Assembly: GCA_015680685.1 (NCBI GenBank)
Contig: MNCI01002813.1
Span: 1,297,403 to 1,361,402 of the forward strand
DNA length: 64,000 nt
Source of the DNA: Gnetum montanum
Lineage: Eukaryota; Plantae; Gnetophyta
Direction of reading: 5' to 3'
Shown here: in pieces, positions 36,101 through 50,800 of the stretch
Numbering within the stretch: the first letter of the stretch is position 1
How the letters are laid out: each line of letters begins with the position of its first letter
Notes under the pieces: generated by a model
What the model was told of the DNA's origin: nothing
The model's database searches: none
Seen by the model: the letters and a program-made list of their open reading frames with translations, nothing else
Position numbers and translations under genes: made by a program

Positions 36101-39100
36101 TTTTGGCGAAGGTCCTGGTCAAACAGCTTTAGTTGTTGATGCTAGCCTTGGTGGGGGCTAATCAAGTTGGATTTGTCAAGGGGAGGCTCATACAAGATCA
36201 GATTCTCTTGTTGCAAGAAGCCATCCATTCCATTTGAAGCACCAAATTTCCAGGCACATGCATACAAGGCAACATTGCCAAAGCCTATGCCATGGTTAGC
36301 TGGTAGGCTGTCAAGGATGTTATGCTTCACAAAGGTATCCATCCACATTTTGTGGACCTTTGTTTAAGTATGTAGAGCACTGGTGCTTACTCTTTTGACC
36401 TTAATGGGGGGTTTTGGGGATTTTTCTCCCCTTCTAGGGGGTTGTGACAACTAGACCCTCTTTCCCCATATCTTTTTATCATAATCATGGATATGATGAA
36501 GTCCTACCTTGGGGAGGAGGGGGTTTGGGGGGTGAGCATTGTGGGGCACACATGCCTTGCTGAGCACTATGTCAATGATACAATCATTATGACTAGGGTG
36601 GTGGTACCATAGGCATGGGTGATTAATCGGGTGCTTGATTGGATGGCTGAGGAGGTTAGATTTCAGCCGAATTTGGCCATCCATTTTTTCAACTGTGCAC
36701 TAGTAGGTTTGTCAAATTTTGTGAATGTTATCGGGGGTGGAGAAAGAATCCTACCTTGGGATTCCTATATTTTCATGGCATAGACAAGCTACTTGGGCAC
36801 CTTTGGTAATGCAACTTTTGGGCCGTATTGAGCATTGGTCCAACTAATTTCTATCACAAAATGGCAAGGTATTACTGGCTTCATTGGTGTTGATGGCTGT
36901 TACTAGGTACAATGCTTTGGTGGCTAACCCTCCTAAAGGGGTGATAGCTAAAATAAACCAAATTATTAGGGATTTTATTTGGTTTGGTGGGAAGGGGGGA
37001 AGTTGACTCCGCTTGGTATGTTGGGATCAAGTTGCTAGGCCTAAATAAGTAGGAGGTTTGGGGATTTTGAAATTTGAAGATATCCTTTTGATGGGACATC
37101 AACTAGTTGTTAATCACTTGTTGCAACCACATGAGTGCCAACCCCCATGGGTGTGAATAATGAGATAGAAGTACACGCTGTGGGTGCTGGGGCTAGGTAA
37201 TTCCCACATGTGGTGTAATATCTATGCCCATGCACACGAGCTGGGGTGTTGGGGTGTCTTGGAGTTGATGTCGATGGATACGTTAAAAATCATGTACTTG
37301 CCCCAGGATAGTTGGAAACAATTATGGCATGGTAAGTTGTCGGAGAAGCTCAAATGTTTCATTTGGTTGTTGTGACATGATGTGCTCTTGGTTCGATTAC
37401 ACCTTCATTGGTGGGGCATTGTTAATAATGATAGTTGCCCAGTGTGCCAAAATAATGTTGAAACTGCTTAGCACCTATTTTTGAGTTATTCGTTTGTTGT
37501 TGTCATTTGGCAGATTGTGTGTTGGCCTCCATTGTTGCAAGCAATAGGAGGGAATTTTACGTTGGTGTTGTGGCATTTGTGAAAGGTTAGAGTAGGTTAC
37601 TTTCCCCAAGATGGTTGCAAGGTTGGCATTGAGGTTGTGGAGGGAGGTTAGTGTTGTTATGGGCATTACTTTGATGGTTGAGCTGGAGGCGGCGTATTCC
37701 TGGCACAAGAGGGAGTTGTGGGAGATTGTCCAATAGATGGGGTGGGTTGATGTTTTGCTGCTACTTATAGGGGACCCTGACCTTCCTGATGCTAGCTTTC
37801 TACAACAATTGGTAGGGGGATTGCACTTGCTTCCAGGGGGTAACCATTACCCTCACGGAGTAGGCTATTGCAGATTATTTGGGAGTTCTTGCTATTATTG
37901 GTGAAGTCATTCTATCTTCTACCTGGGGTTTATAGGATGCGGTGGCGTTCTTCCTAGCCAATCGGCCTAGGACAGCTAGTGGTCAAGTGTCGAAGCTAGT
38001 GTTGCCTACGGTGTGGCAGGTGGTGACGAAGCTGGTTGATAGATATTTTGTCTAGTCCACTAATGTTTGGAAGTTCCAAGAACTTCATTTTGCTTTCCTT
38101 TGTTGTATGGAGTCACACTCGGTCAATTTGCTGAGGTTCTTCATTGAGTCCTTGAGGAGGGGTCACAAGGGTTGGCATTTGGGCTTAATTCTTGCCCTTT
38201 GGCAGGCTGCTAGGCTAAGGGATTCGGTGCCGCATTCCATAGTCCACAAGCATTATCGTCGTAGAGTGTGGCTTGCGACTGATAGGTAGGGGGTGTGGGG
38301 GCTTATTCTTTGGTTGTGTCCTTGGTGTTGGAGGGGAACTGGTTGTTGGTTTCTAGGGGTTAGTTGGCTCAGGTGGAAGCTCTTGATATCAATTGGCTTT
38401 TGGACGATGTGGTGGCGTAGGTGAGAGAAAAGGAGCAAGGCTGCTGGGAAGCAGTCATCATCAAGCAAATGTGAGATGTTCATTCCAAGATGTTGGCTAA
38501 GTGGTGGCGACACCAATAAGAGCTAAAACTTCTTAGGCGGTAGGTGGAGTGCTGTGAAGCTCAGAGATGGCAAGAACAAGAGGAGGAGCTACATAGATAG
38601 GTGAGGTAGGAGATTTGTCATGAGGAAGAAGAGCTTAGGTGTTAGGAAGCTGCAGATAAAGAGGAGGCTGACAAGGCCTTGACAAAAGAACTCTAGATGC
38701 AACTACGCTTTGAGAAGGCTCAAGAGGTCAAGGTACGATGCTGGTTGTTAAACAACAAATGCCCACATATCCTTATGGGCATCAATAAAGCACAGTGGAC
38801 TGAGTTGCAAAGGTATATCTGGTTAGTGGCTGCTAGGTATCACCTAGATAAGACTAAAGATATGCTGAATAATGGGTGCTTGCAGGTGGAACAGGACTTT
38901 CTAGAATTCAAGCAGGCGATGAATTTTGTTGCCTCTACACAGCTTAGGGCTATTTTAGATTGGGTCCACTTCAAGATGGCCCACCGGTGTACTTGTTCTT
39001 CTCTTCCTTGCCATGTTTAAGGGGCTACGTTGTTCCTTGTTTGTGTTTGGGGGTGTGTCCTATTTGGGTGTGGAAATTGGGTCTGGGTTGGGTTGGGCTT

Positions 39101-39307
39101 GTTCTCTGCCTGGTTTTGGTCTTGGTTGCTTCAGATTGATGGCTGCTATGTTTACTATGTGTGTATAAGCCATGGGAGGGCCTGTTGCAGGGGGATCTTG
39201 CCTTGTTTTGGGTTGGGGTCTTTGTTGTAAATATGCATTTTGTACCTGATGTTTATTTCGTTAGTATGATTTACCTGACATTCCTTCAAAAAAAAAAAAA
39301 ACAAAGA
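33107..39307 (+). mobile_element. Near full-length L1-type LINE, copy B (ORF1; ORF2 EN-RT-zf-RVT plus extended C-terminus with J-domain), decayed
   Basis: Exact 18-bp TSD CTTTTTATAAAAGGTATC (33089-33106 and 39308-39325) and poly(A) at 39288-39301. Gly-rich ORF1 starts at 33111 and has a CxxC..H....C knuckle at ~33965. ORF2 starts at ATG 34574 (MNVLSWNCR). J-domain 38760-38960 with YHLDK (HLD 38841-38849). Confidence 0.93.
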
Positions 39308-41989
39308 CTTTTTATAAAAGGTATCAAATCCATTAAGTTTTGTTATGTTCCCAGGTCTTCTTTGCTACATTCTCTTCTATTTTATGTCTTTTAAAGTCTT
39401 TTTATCTCTGACTTTGTTACTGCTCCTTGAAACACTTCTTATCTTGAATTGTTTGTTACACTCTTTCACTTCACATCCAGGTTATTTCTATATGTACTTA
39501 CAGGCTTTTCTGTCCTCTTGCTACAACTTTTCATGTGTATTCATAGATCAATTGCAGTGGTGTTCAAATCCCTAGGTCTTTTTTGAGCAAATTATACTTT
39601 AATTGGGCTGCTTCTTGTTCCTCTAGATTCCATCATTTTATACTAGGCACTTATTTCTTAGGGTTTTAGTTACAATTCTTGATAGCCAAGTCAATTACCA
39701 TTAATGTATGTTGAGTTGCAAGGCCTTTTCTAGATATAACTCTGTAAGCCTTACATGTTCTACAATCTTTTTTCCTACCTTAGTGCTGTCTATTTTTGTT
39801 ATGTTTATTTTTGAAAGTCATTAAATGTTTATCCATTTCATCCAATCATAGAATGAAGGAAAATATGTTATTAAGAAAGTTTTAAATGAGTTAGACCACT
39901 ACATAAATTACATAAGGCATATTAACCCAAGGCACATATTAGTTGAAAGTGAAATATGAAATTAGAGAACATTATCTTATGCCAAGATTAAAAGGTATAT
40001 TAAATTGACCATTTGAGATCATTCCAGGAAGGCAGCGAAATAATTACGCATTCATAACTAATATTTGTATTGAGCTGTTTTCACATAAAAAAGCTTTTGC
40101 ATCAAGGGATACACTACTGACTATTTGTTACAGATTATAATTGACATACAAATGAAGGTTCAATGGCCAATTTTATAGGAAGAAGAAAAGCCAGAAACAT
40201 CATTGGATAGCTACTAGGATAACATGTAGGACTCTTATTAAATTGTATGTTAAACATAACCTTTCAAGACTACAAGGAGGAAGAATTTTTTCCATTTCTA
40301 TTAAACATTGATCTAAAATAAGATCCTATAGCAATTCCTAAAAAGTACTTGCTATAAATAATAATGATCGAGCACCCTGGGTCTCCATCATCCGTCACAA
40401 ATACGGAAACATAAATTTTCTGGATTATGCATTGATCTTCAATTCTTGTTTTTAGTGAGGAATTATGATTGTTAAATGTCTGCTACAATCGAGATGGAAA
40501 ATACGGATTGGTGTACTGCCGGAAAAAATTAAATTCTTTTTGTGGTTGTTGACAAAAGACAGGGTTTGAACAAAAACTAGGCCAGTGTGTGGGACATTAC
40601 ACTTCATGTGACGTGTACCTTGAAGTAGCTAGGATGAGGATTTGTGACACTTGTTTTGACTTTGCATGTATTCAAATGCTGTATACACACAACCATGCAT
40701 TATCTTCAATTCTACCGCCTGCTTGTTGCGATCTTCTGGACTCTCTACAGATTCCATTGCTGTGTTTGCAACTTGGTTTACTGAAGTAATGAAATGAGGT
40801 CCAATATATTGTTGCAACATGAAAATCCCACACCTCCCTAGCTGTGGTTATCAAGTAATGCTGGCACTAGATGAATGCTATGATGAGAAAAATCCCAACT
40901 ACTGAGTTAAACTTTGTCAACAAGCATAGGGAGAACCAAGAGCTATGGATTGCAATTTGTAGGGTTGGATGAAAGGATTTGATGTGGTAGATGGTGGTTG
41001 ATGTGATGGTGAGCTCGATGGAATTTACGAATCAAGATGTTAGTCTACATTTTATGTACTTTTGTTTTTTATAAGCAATAAATTTCAGTCTTTTCTTTTG
41101 ACCACCAATGCGTTAGAAATCCCTCTCACATTTCACCTTAAAATTCTCATTGCCTACTGGTGCATGAGGTTGCATGCTTTGCAATTTCTTATCTCCTTGT
41201 TTCGTCTTTTGATTAAAATTTGGTTGTCTTGGTTTCTTCAAATCAGGTTGAAACTATTGAATAGGAGCTATAGTTATAGATGCTTGTAAGGTTATGGTGC
41301 GATAGATCCCAAATGGCAAGTGCCAAATCCTTTACTTTTGTTGTTCAACTTCAGCTAAAGTATTTTGTAAAAATAAAATTGCCTCTTTGATATTTTCATA
41401 TGAGTGCTTAGCTTGAGGTTTCTTCTTAGGTTTGCAAACGATTTTTTCAAATACAAGGAATTAGTAGCAATCCACACTTGTTAGAGATCAAACCACCAGA
41501 ACGAAATTAAAGCTAAATCAAATTTTGTAGTATACATGCATACCTTCCAATTTTGACACTTGAAGCTGTTGCGTTGAATAAAGAGAACAAAACCCAAAGG
41601 TTCTAGGATGCATCAAAGCCAAGGTAGCTCCCACAAGTCAAAATCCATTTTAGGAAGTGCAATCCAATGACAAGCATATTCAGGAAAATCTCCCTTGTTC
41701 CATGCAACATGCCTAGGTCTTGAATGGCGAGAGATTTGGTGAGGCATTTTTAAAAAATCAATATCTTGCATAGGGAAATGTTTAGGTCCATGTCATCTTG
41801 TGCACTTGATTCAAAGAGTGTGGGGCATCAGTTCAAGCTACCCAAGCTCAACCTTGTAGAAAAGAACATCATTGATGCACCTTCGAAACCTCCTTTCTTC
41901 ATTGAATATGCTAGGGTGGTTGTCTGTGTCTCGCTCCAATGCTTTGTCCCTTCATTTGTTTAATAGTGTGATATTAATCTTTTCTCACT

Positions 41990-44900
41990 ATGGCCTGACT
42001 GGGGGTTTGTTTCAGGCCATACAAACTCCTGTTTAGCTTGCATATCAAATTTGTGTATTTTTCATCCGTAAATCCTTAAGGCTGTTACATGTATATGTTT
42101 TCATCAAGAATACCATGCAAGAAGGATATCTTAATATATAATTGCTTTAATTCCAGGTCCAAACAAGCAACCAAAGATAAAATAACTGTAATTGAAGAAT
42201 ATTTAATAACCAGTGATAATATTTCTGTAAAATTAGTACTAGGTTTCTGCACAAACCCTTTTACCATCAGTTTTGCATTGCATGTTTTCTGATCATTTGA
42301 ATCAATCTTCAATCTATAAACCTAGCAGTTAGTCGGTTACTTAGAGCTTTCCTTTCTTTAGGCAAAGGCACTAAATTCCATGTAACGTTTTGCTTTAAGG
42401 ATCACCATTTTTCTTTCATAGCCACATCCCATTTGTCAGCATTTGGAGATGCAAAAGTCTGTAGTGTTTCGCAGTCAGTAAACAATGCATAGTTCAAAGA
42501 AAGAGAATACTTGTCAGGTGGCTTTGTTGCTTACGCAGACTCCCTTTGCCAATGCAAGGGACTGTTATTTTGAATTCATTGTCTTCAGTTTCAACTAATT
42601 CTTCACTTTCTAGTGTATGCTGATCTTGCTCTTCACCTTCATTATCATTTAATACACCTTGTAAAATTGGTGTATTGCCCTTATCAATAGCTTCGTGTTG
42701 TTGACCATCATCACTATCATAAGGTCATCTCATTGGCTCATTCTGTGGAACATTTGGATTAGAGTTTTCCCCAATTTGATTCTCAACCTGTTTGGGGTAG
42801 AAGAAAAATCTTCTCAAAAACTTACATCTCTAAATCAAACTACTTGTTCGGAAGTAGGATCCCAAAAATCTGTAACCAAGATTGCTGTCATATTCAACAA
42901 TAATGCATTTTGTATTTTATCATCCAACTGGAAGCTATTATATTTTTGCACATGAACATATGCTTCACAGCCAAAATCTCGCAAGTACTTATAATAGACC
43001 TTCTTGTGTTTTTATACAATCTTTGGAATTTTCCCATATATATAGCTGTACGAAGGGAAATGAGATCTCTTATAAGCATGTTCCAATAATGACTTGTTAA
43101 TTAGATATAGTGCACTGTTTATTACTTACTTTTAGCATGTTCCAATAATGACTTGTTACACCTCTGCCATGGTGTTTTTGGGATAGTATGCATATGGATT
43201 ATTCCTTTTTCAGAACAAAAGCAAGAAAAGTCATGTCAGATGTATTCTTCTTCATTATTTGAAAGAAGTATTTTTACATTCAATCCTGTTTATGTTTCCA
43301 CTTGTGCAACAAATTGCTTAAAAATACCAAGCAGCATATCCTTTGATTTCATTAGATATATCCAAATTTTAATGCTATAATCATCAATAAATGTAACAAA
43401 ATATTTTGAAATAACAAGATATGAAGTAATAGGACTAACTAAATCTGAATAAATTAAATCTAGCTTGTTCTTGCTACTATGACATTCATTTACTTGGAAA
43501 CTAATTTGCCTAAATTTTCTAACTTCACAATCCCTACAAAAATTAAGAATTACAGATCTAGAATTGGGAATAAGTGATTTAAACTGCTGTACCATACCCT
43601 TATCTGCCCAAGATGCCCCAAACATCTATGCCACAAATTGACATTTTTTATTTTTATGGCAGCATCAGGACCCTCTCCCAGTTTCTTGAAGAGAGCAACA
43701 TGCAAAACAAACAAGCAATCTTCCTTTGTTCCACTCCATAGAAGTATTGGTCCTTCACTAAATTCCATGTACCATCAGGAAAAGAGATCTTACAACCAAC
43801 TTCATCAAGTTCCTTGACAGACAAGTCTTTTGTAATTTCTAGAACATGTTGAATGCCTTTAATAGCAATATGTTGTCCATCCTGTTTCATTATAATAGTT
43901 TTACTACCATGAACTTGAAGCTCCTTGTTATCTACAACACGAACAATACGTGATGAACATTCATTATATGAACTGAAATACCTACAATTTGGACATATAT
44001 GAAAAGAACCAGCACTACCCAAAATTCAGATATCATTAGAATTTTCAATCAAATTTGTTTGTGGATCTAAACAGGCAAATATCAGTTTAAGATACCTTTT
44101 TGTCTTAGATTCATTAAGCTTCTTTCTTGTAGCCTCACTCTCCTTTTGCTTCTTCCATCTTTTATAAGCATAATTGTCCCTTTTTATATGGCACTCATTT
44201 TTATAGAACCAACACTCTTATATTTTTACTTTTGGAAGCTCCTCTGCTTTTGCTTTGATCACATCCTTCATATTTGATCCAGGATAGTCCTCTTCCATTG
44301 GCTAAGGCATCTTTAATCAATATAGTAGTCCTAGATTTTCTTGCATCAAATAAGTTTGAGATAACTGTGTTCAAACTTGACATAGTATTTGAAGCTGCTA
44401 TCAATGTCGTATGAACGGTCTCCCATGACTTTAGCAGAGAACTAAGAATCGCAATAACCGTAAGAATTTACTTTCAAGTTATCTAACTGTGCAACCAAAA
44501 TTTTCATTCCGTCTGGATGGACCTGCAGCGATGCCCCTTCTTTCATTTTCATTTTAAAAATCTTATTAAAAGCATAATATTGATTCATACTTGTTGGCTG
44601 TTCATACCGTTGCTTCAAAGTCTACCAAAGTTCATGCATAAACCAAACTATACTACTGAAGGATTCAATTGCCCAAACACTGCCTTATTAAATAAAGTGT
44701 CATTTTATCAAGTATTTTGCATTATTTATCTTGATACTTATTTAGCCAATTTTCTTTAGAGTACCTTGAAGCAACCTTTGCCTCATCTGTTGTTTGCAAT
44801 ATGATATTGCACTCCTTTTAGCTATGAATGACCTCTATCACAATATTCTGAAGACCCCAGTTCTATGCACTTACCAAGCTAGCTATCTGTGCTTTGCAAA

Positions 44901-45191
44901 CGCTCCATTGCTTTTCAGTTGCAAACTCATGTGAGAATTTATAGTCGAGAGGCTGAGAAAAGGGAAAAGATGGTTGAAACTAAAGAGAATTCAGCACAAG
45001 CACAATTGAATGAATACACTCCAACGAAAGGAAGAGAGAGCTTTCATTCACTTCACTTCACGCTATATTGGGCATCTAAAAATAACTTTGAATATTACAA
45101 GGAACAAGGAACTTTTCTTTTTGGAAATAAAAACAAGGACATTTCAAAAAATTACACTAATTTAGCTTCATTTTAACATGGACTCTCAACA
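41990..45191 (-). mobile_element. Ty1/copia retrotransposon remnant (gag-PR-INT-RT, truncated)
   Basis: On the - strand the order is gag/zinc knuckle (~44150-44800), protease (GS.GSFHICP, 43654-44022), GAG-pre-integrase LWH.CLGH, integrase (LDLIYSDL..P...KYFVTFIDDYS), then RT (KL.VKGF.QK....F.E; LELKQL..K.SFLHG.L.E.IYM, 42085-42312). A putative LTR start TGTTGAGAG lies at 45191. Confidence 0.88.
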
Positions 45192-45675
45192 TTCAGAATC
45201 TAATATTCTGTTAATATTTATTTGAGGTGTAGCTTGATTGTTGAGTAATTTTTTATTATTTAAGCTTTATGAAATTGCCAATTGAAAATTTTCTGACCAA
45301 GTTTAAGTTATAATACTCTGCATCTAATCTACCCTGTTAAAGTCTTAATTTAGAGAATTCCCTTTTGTATCTAAACTAAAAGGTCTTCCCAACATGCAAG
45401 TGGGATGTACTTCATGGAAATACAAGGACCTTGGTATATTTTCTCGATTCATGCCATAAGTTATAGGAATTTTAAGTTATAGCTTTTTCTGCATGATTTC
45501 ATAGATATGTAACCAACTATTTACTTCATTTCATGCATCTTTGACGAAACTCACCATTCCAATTTAAATGAAACAAATTCTATTTGTGAAGATAATTTTT
45601 AACGTGTTTAAGTAGACTATACATGGAAATCAAGGCTTAATGGTGTTTCTTTTTTTCAAATTGAAAATGGCATAG

Positions 45676-45725
45676 AGCTTCCCACACATAATGTCGTGCA
45701 GATGCCAGCATTATCACCAACCATG
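45676..45725 (+). CDS. LTA3: E2 exon 5 (ELPTHNVVQMPALSPTM, lipoyl domain start)
   Basis: Conserved MPALSPTM motif; CATAG acceptor and GTACAA donor. Confidence 0.95.
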
Positions 45726-45836
45726 GTACAAAATTCCATTCCTTCAATTTCTCTTATATTATTCATTTTGACGTAGAGTGTTTGAAAGATGTTAACAATA
45801 GAACTTGCAAGTTCACATTTTTTTTTCATTTCCCAG

Positions 45837-45881
45837 GAAAAAGGGAATATTGCTTCATGGAAAAAGAAAGAAGGTGACAAA
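45837..45881 (+). CDS. LTA3: E2 exon 6 (EKGNIASWKKKEGDK)
   Basis: Lipoyl-domain motif; polypyrimidine-CAG acceptor and GTAAGT donor. Confidence 0.95.
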
Positions 45882-45969
45882 GTAAGTTTTTATATAGCTA
45901 TTGTAGAACTACTCTTAATAGCATATTAACAAGGGCTAATAAGCATTCACTAATCTGGTAAACATGTAG

Positions 45970-46043
45970 ATAGAAGCAGGTGATGTAATGTGTGAGATAG
46001 AGACCGACAAGGCAACACTTGATTTTGAATCACTTGAAGACGG
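45970..46043 (+). CDS. LTA3: E2 exon 7 (IEAGDVMCEIETDKATLDFESLEDG; lipoyl-lysine)
   Basis: ETDKA lipoylation motif; TGTAG acceptor and GTAAGG donor. Confidence 0.96.
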
Positions 46044-46663
46044 GTAAGGCCTATACCTTTTTTTTAAAGATTCACTATATAGTTCATTTTTTCTTTTAAG
46101 GTTGTCGAAAGGAAAACTTCTCTGGTGATGTTGGCCTTACTAATGTTTAATGCCAACAACATGGAGCAGTTCCGAAGGATTTGTGCTGAAAGTTTGCACA
46201 ATCCAAGAATTAGGAGGAAGTTAGAAACAACTGACAGAGCAAATAGCCACAGGCTTACTATTTGATAACATCAAATTTACATTCAATTTTGAGTGATCAA
46301 ATTGCAACCTTTGCAATTCCTTAAACCTGACAATCTTACACACTCAAAAAAATAATTCTACCGTCTGTAGTGCCTCACTTTTGTACTTGTGACATTGTGT
46401 TCTATATTGTGATTAAATACTTGTTTTTGAAGAACATATATTGAAATTGAAATTTTTTACTTACATGCACTGAGACCCCTTGGCTTTATTAGACTAGCTT
46501 TAAAATTTCTTTTATGGATTTTTTTTTTTAAATTTATAACTTGGTGCTGCCTAGTGAAAGTGAACCTGAGACTTGGGGTTATCAAACCAATTCACACACA
46601 CATCTATATATCCATATATATATATAGAGGAAGATGTACCTTATGCTTATAAGTTAATATGAA

Positions 46664-49600
46664 TTTTTTTTTTGAGAAATTGTCAAGAAATGCATTAAAA
46701 GAAGAAATGTAAGTTGTACAAAATTACACAGTCATGGGAGTCCTCTTCCGTTTTGTCAGCGGCCTGTTCCAAAATCAGGACTAAACCACCATAGTCCCAA
46801 ACGTGTGCCTTGATGTTCAAACAAAAACCCAGTAAGGAGCAATAAGGTCCCCCCATGCTCCCATCGCTACCTATTCCTAGCCAAAACATAGACCAAGAAG
46901 ACACCTTGTCACCAAAAACGACCAAGAGGTCATCTGAAAGAAACCAAACAAAACATCAACCCAAGAAACAACCATGCACATCAAGTATGTTGAGGTAGTT
47001 GGGAGCATCTACACATGGGCCGCAGCCATGAGTGAATATCTCAAACATTCCTCGATGTCAACAAAAGCTGTGGCTTGTTGAAAATTTTTAAAAGCCTTTG
47101 CCTTACGCGTGTGCGCAGCTACATTGTCCTTGCCATGAGGGTGCAACTTAGTGGAAGTTTGTCTGATGAACTGTTTGAGGCTCTGCCATGAAGATAAATG
47201 ATTAATGTTCATTATAATGTAGAGGCATTTCTCCTCACGTAACCAGGTGATTGCATTGTGTGCACGCACGTGGTCTTGTTAACACTAAAGTTGCTCTCCT
47301 CCAGATGTTCATTCTCGCATTGTATCTCTACCATTTGTTCCTGCTCCTATAGTTCCAACTCTTCTTGCTGGATTCTAGCCTGGAGTTGCTGATAGAGCTT
47401 GTCCTCCAAAGTGGCCCTAGTTGCTATATCCTCCATTTCCTTCTGCCTTAGAATATCCTTAATCATATATTGGTGTTGTAGCTTTGCCTATAGCAACTGT
47501 TGTTGAAAGGCTTCCTCCCTTGCTTGCCACTTGGCTTCCCAGGTGGTTTGTTCCTCGTTGTGCACCCTGAAATTAGCCTCTTCCATAGCTCTTTCAAGCA
47601 CCCTTTGTTGATACTCTTCTTCTAGCTGCTTAGTCTGAGGTTGGGGTGGCACAAGTTGCCATTGGCTAGGCGAAATAGCCTACTCCGCATCCGTTCCCTA
47701 GTCCCTAGTAGTCTATCTTGAGGTTGCCTAGCTGTAGTGTGTCCTCCCTTCCCTCACCCCCCTATGCCTACAAACATAGACTAAGCAGCAAGACACCACT
47801 TGCACTTGTAGTGCAGGCTTAGGCTGTGCAGCCTACCATAGCGCAAGAATAGGCACCAAGTGCTGTCTTGACCACTTACGCCATAGTGAAGCCAGGAAAA
47901 ATTTAGGCATGCTAATTGGCCACCCTAAGTGCAGGCATTTCAAAAAAGTGAAATGAACCCCTTGCAATTTCCACACTTTTCTAGATTGAATGAAGAAACC
48001 TTTAATGAGTTCGATTGGGTCTTGCTAGGAAGGTGGTAGTCGAGATTTGGGCACCTACCCACTCATAGTCCATGGCACAATCCTAGGAAAAAAGGCCTCC
48101 ATGTCTTGGAGGCCTCTACTTGTAGGCAGAGCCACCTCCACACCAACTTGTAGCCTAAGAACCTACGTGATTGCCTCCTCGGCAAGGTTGATCCTCACCC
48201 CTTGGAAGTTAGTGGCATCCATACACCAATTGTCAAAGAAGGCCCCATCTTGCAAATTTGGGTCCCCACCAACATCAAAAGGAAACCGACCCAACCTACA
48301 CATGTGACGAGGTCTCATAGCTCTGTCATCTCTTGATATTTGGTTCAAGAAGGCTCATAAGTTGGCATCGTCTCCCATACTGACCATGGCTTCCTACCAT
48401 AGCCTTAGACTCATTGTAGCCACCTGCATAGGCCACAATAAAGGTAAGTTCTTGAAGACTAAATGGTATAAGACCGCCACAAGTACCAGAGAATGGCTGT
48501 GGCTTTAGAATCCTAGTCAAGCTTAACAGGCGGGGAGATGTCAGCTGCCTGCCAAGTGGCGATAGCAAAGGGGTAGCAGTAGGCAAAGTGTCCACATTTT
48601 AATCCCCTGAACACAAGATGGGCACCCGTTACCAACACTTAACCTGTGTTGGGTTTATTCAACCCTCACTGGGAGCATCCTGTGATTTATAATCCATAGA
48701 AAAACCTTTAACTTCTTAGGTAGTTTCCCATGCTAGATTGGCATCCATCCCGACATGTTTGATATTTATGTTGATTGATGAGGTCTGGGGGGGTGGGGGG
48801 TGGGGGTGTGGGGCACCTCCATCATGCCCCAATGCATCATCCTTCGGGCATGATTACACAATGATCTCCATACCAATGAGTCATTGTTCCTTGCAATCCA
48901 TTTTTGATATTTGTTGTTCATTATTTGGATCCATTGCACATGGGCGGTTCTTGTTTGTATCAGTCAATGCAAAAGCTTTTGTTGGCCAAGCATGATACTA
49001 TCTTCAAAATGTACGACCCCAAGTCCACTTGTCTCTTTGGGTTGAGCAATGATATCCCAACTAACCAAGTGTAAATGGTTGTCCTCTTTGCCCCCACACT
49101 AGACAAACTGATGGATGAGTTGACCCACCTTGGCCACAACATCCTTCGACGGGAAGGCAACCGATGTGAATTGAACAATAGTAGACAACATTGAAGTGGT
49201 AAGCAAATTAGCCCTTTCTTGCTCAATTTGGCTTTGCAGTTGCTGAACCAAATTCTTCCAAGCATGCTTTTGGTTCTAGGCAAAAATAGGGAAGCCTAAA
49301 TAAATGTTGTTTTCTGTCCCCAAAGTAACACCTTGCACTTGCATAATATGACCCCTAATGCACCCCTCAGTATTCATAAGACACAACACCAACTTTGCCT
49401 TATTAATTTCAAGCCCAATCTCTCGGGCCATTCTATGCCAAGCTCTATCCATCACCATTGCTTGCGGAATTGACACTTTAGTAAAAAGAATGGTGTCGTC
49501 ACATAATGTTTTGCTAGGCAATCCACCCCATCGATCCATAACCCACGAACCCCTTCCATCCAGTAGTAAGTTTGCAAAGTATCCATAACCAGGATAAACA

Positions 49601-50800
49601 AGTAGGGAGACAGAGGGTCCCCCTGTCTAAGGCCCCTACTCGATGAGGAAAAACCCCAAAGTTTGCCCTTAAGATTGAAAGAATAAGTCATGGACAATTG
49701 AATATGAATACATAGATAAACAGAATCAGGGAAAAAACCTTTTTGTGTCATTATCTCCCTTAGTGCATCCCAACTAACAGTGTTGTAAGCTTTGGTGATA
49801 TACAGCTTGAAACAAAGGCCAGGAAAATGAGCTATATGAAGGGAGTGCATAATCTCTTAAAGTAGAATAACCTGGTCCTGCAAAATCCAACCACTAATAA
49901 ATTGGCCACTAGCGCTAGCATGAGAGGGGCCAAACGCCGCACCAACATCTTAGTAAATAGATGTAGCAATGTATTAATGACACTGATGGGATTAAAATGA
50001 GATGAATTAGTTGGGGCTGCAGTTTTTGGTATGAGTACGATTCTAGAACAATTGATCTCCCAACAGACTTGTCTCCAACTGAGCATAACGTTGAAGGTGT
50101 CGAACAGATTCTTGGCCAGAACATTAGTGAACTCCTTGAAAAATTTGATAGGCCGCCCATCTGGGCCCAAAGCCTTCCCAAGCTTAAGGTTAGCCATGAC
50201 TGCCTCCAGCGCCCCTCCCCCCCACCAAGTGAATGGTGTCACCAGCTGATAGTTATTTTCTCGTGATAGTATTGGATGAATAGGGATCGAAAGAGGATGC
50301 CAATCCCTCCCATGCCAGAGATCAGCCTACTAGGCTTGGAAAGCCTAAATGATGGCTTGAGGTTGCACCACCTTCGTCCCAACTTGAATAAGCTGAGTAA
50401 TCTTCTTGGAAGAGTGGTTCGCCTTAGCAGCTGCATAGAAAAAGCATGTGGGCTGATCTCCATCCTTGAGCCAAGTGTTTCTGAATCTCTACCGCCAATA
50501 ATAAGCCTCCTCCTTATCAAACCCTTGCAACTCCACCAGAACCTCCTGCTCCTCCAACACAAGAGACTCCCCTACCTCTTGTCTCACCTGAATATTTAGC
50601 AACTACATACGAAGCAGCTCCTGGTGCCTCCTAAAAGTGTACTCCTTTGTCTTGGACCGAATTCCCTTCTTCAGGATATTAACACCATTTTTAAGGAAGT
50701 CATGAGGTTCCCCTTCCACAGAGTATTGGTCCTAGATCCTAGCCACAATTTGGTCTTAATCAAGGCTTCAAGGGTTAGGTCCTCTCAAATCTGAACTGAG
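46664..50800 (-). mobile_element. 5'-truncated L1-type LINE, copy C (RT-zf-RVT-extension-J-domain)
   Basis: Poly(T) at 46664-46673 on the + strand. TSD AAGTTAATATGAA (46651-46663) vs AATTTAATATGAA (50801-50813). RT motif RGLRQGDPLSPYLF (49452-49850). Extension GDPNLQDGAFFDNW..FQGVRINLAEE. J-domain ~47035-47227 with HPH at 47135-47143. Confidence 0.92.
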
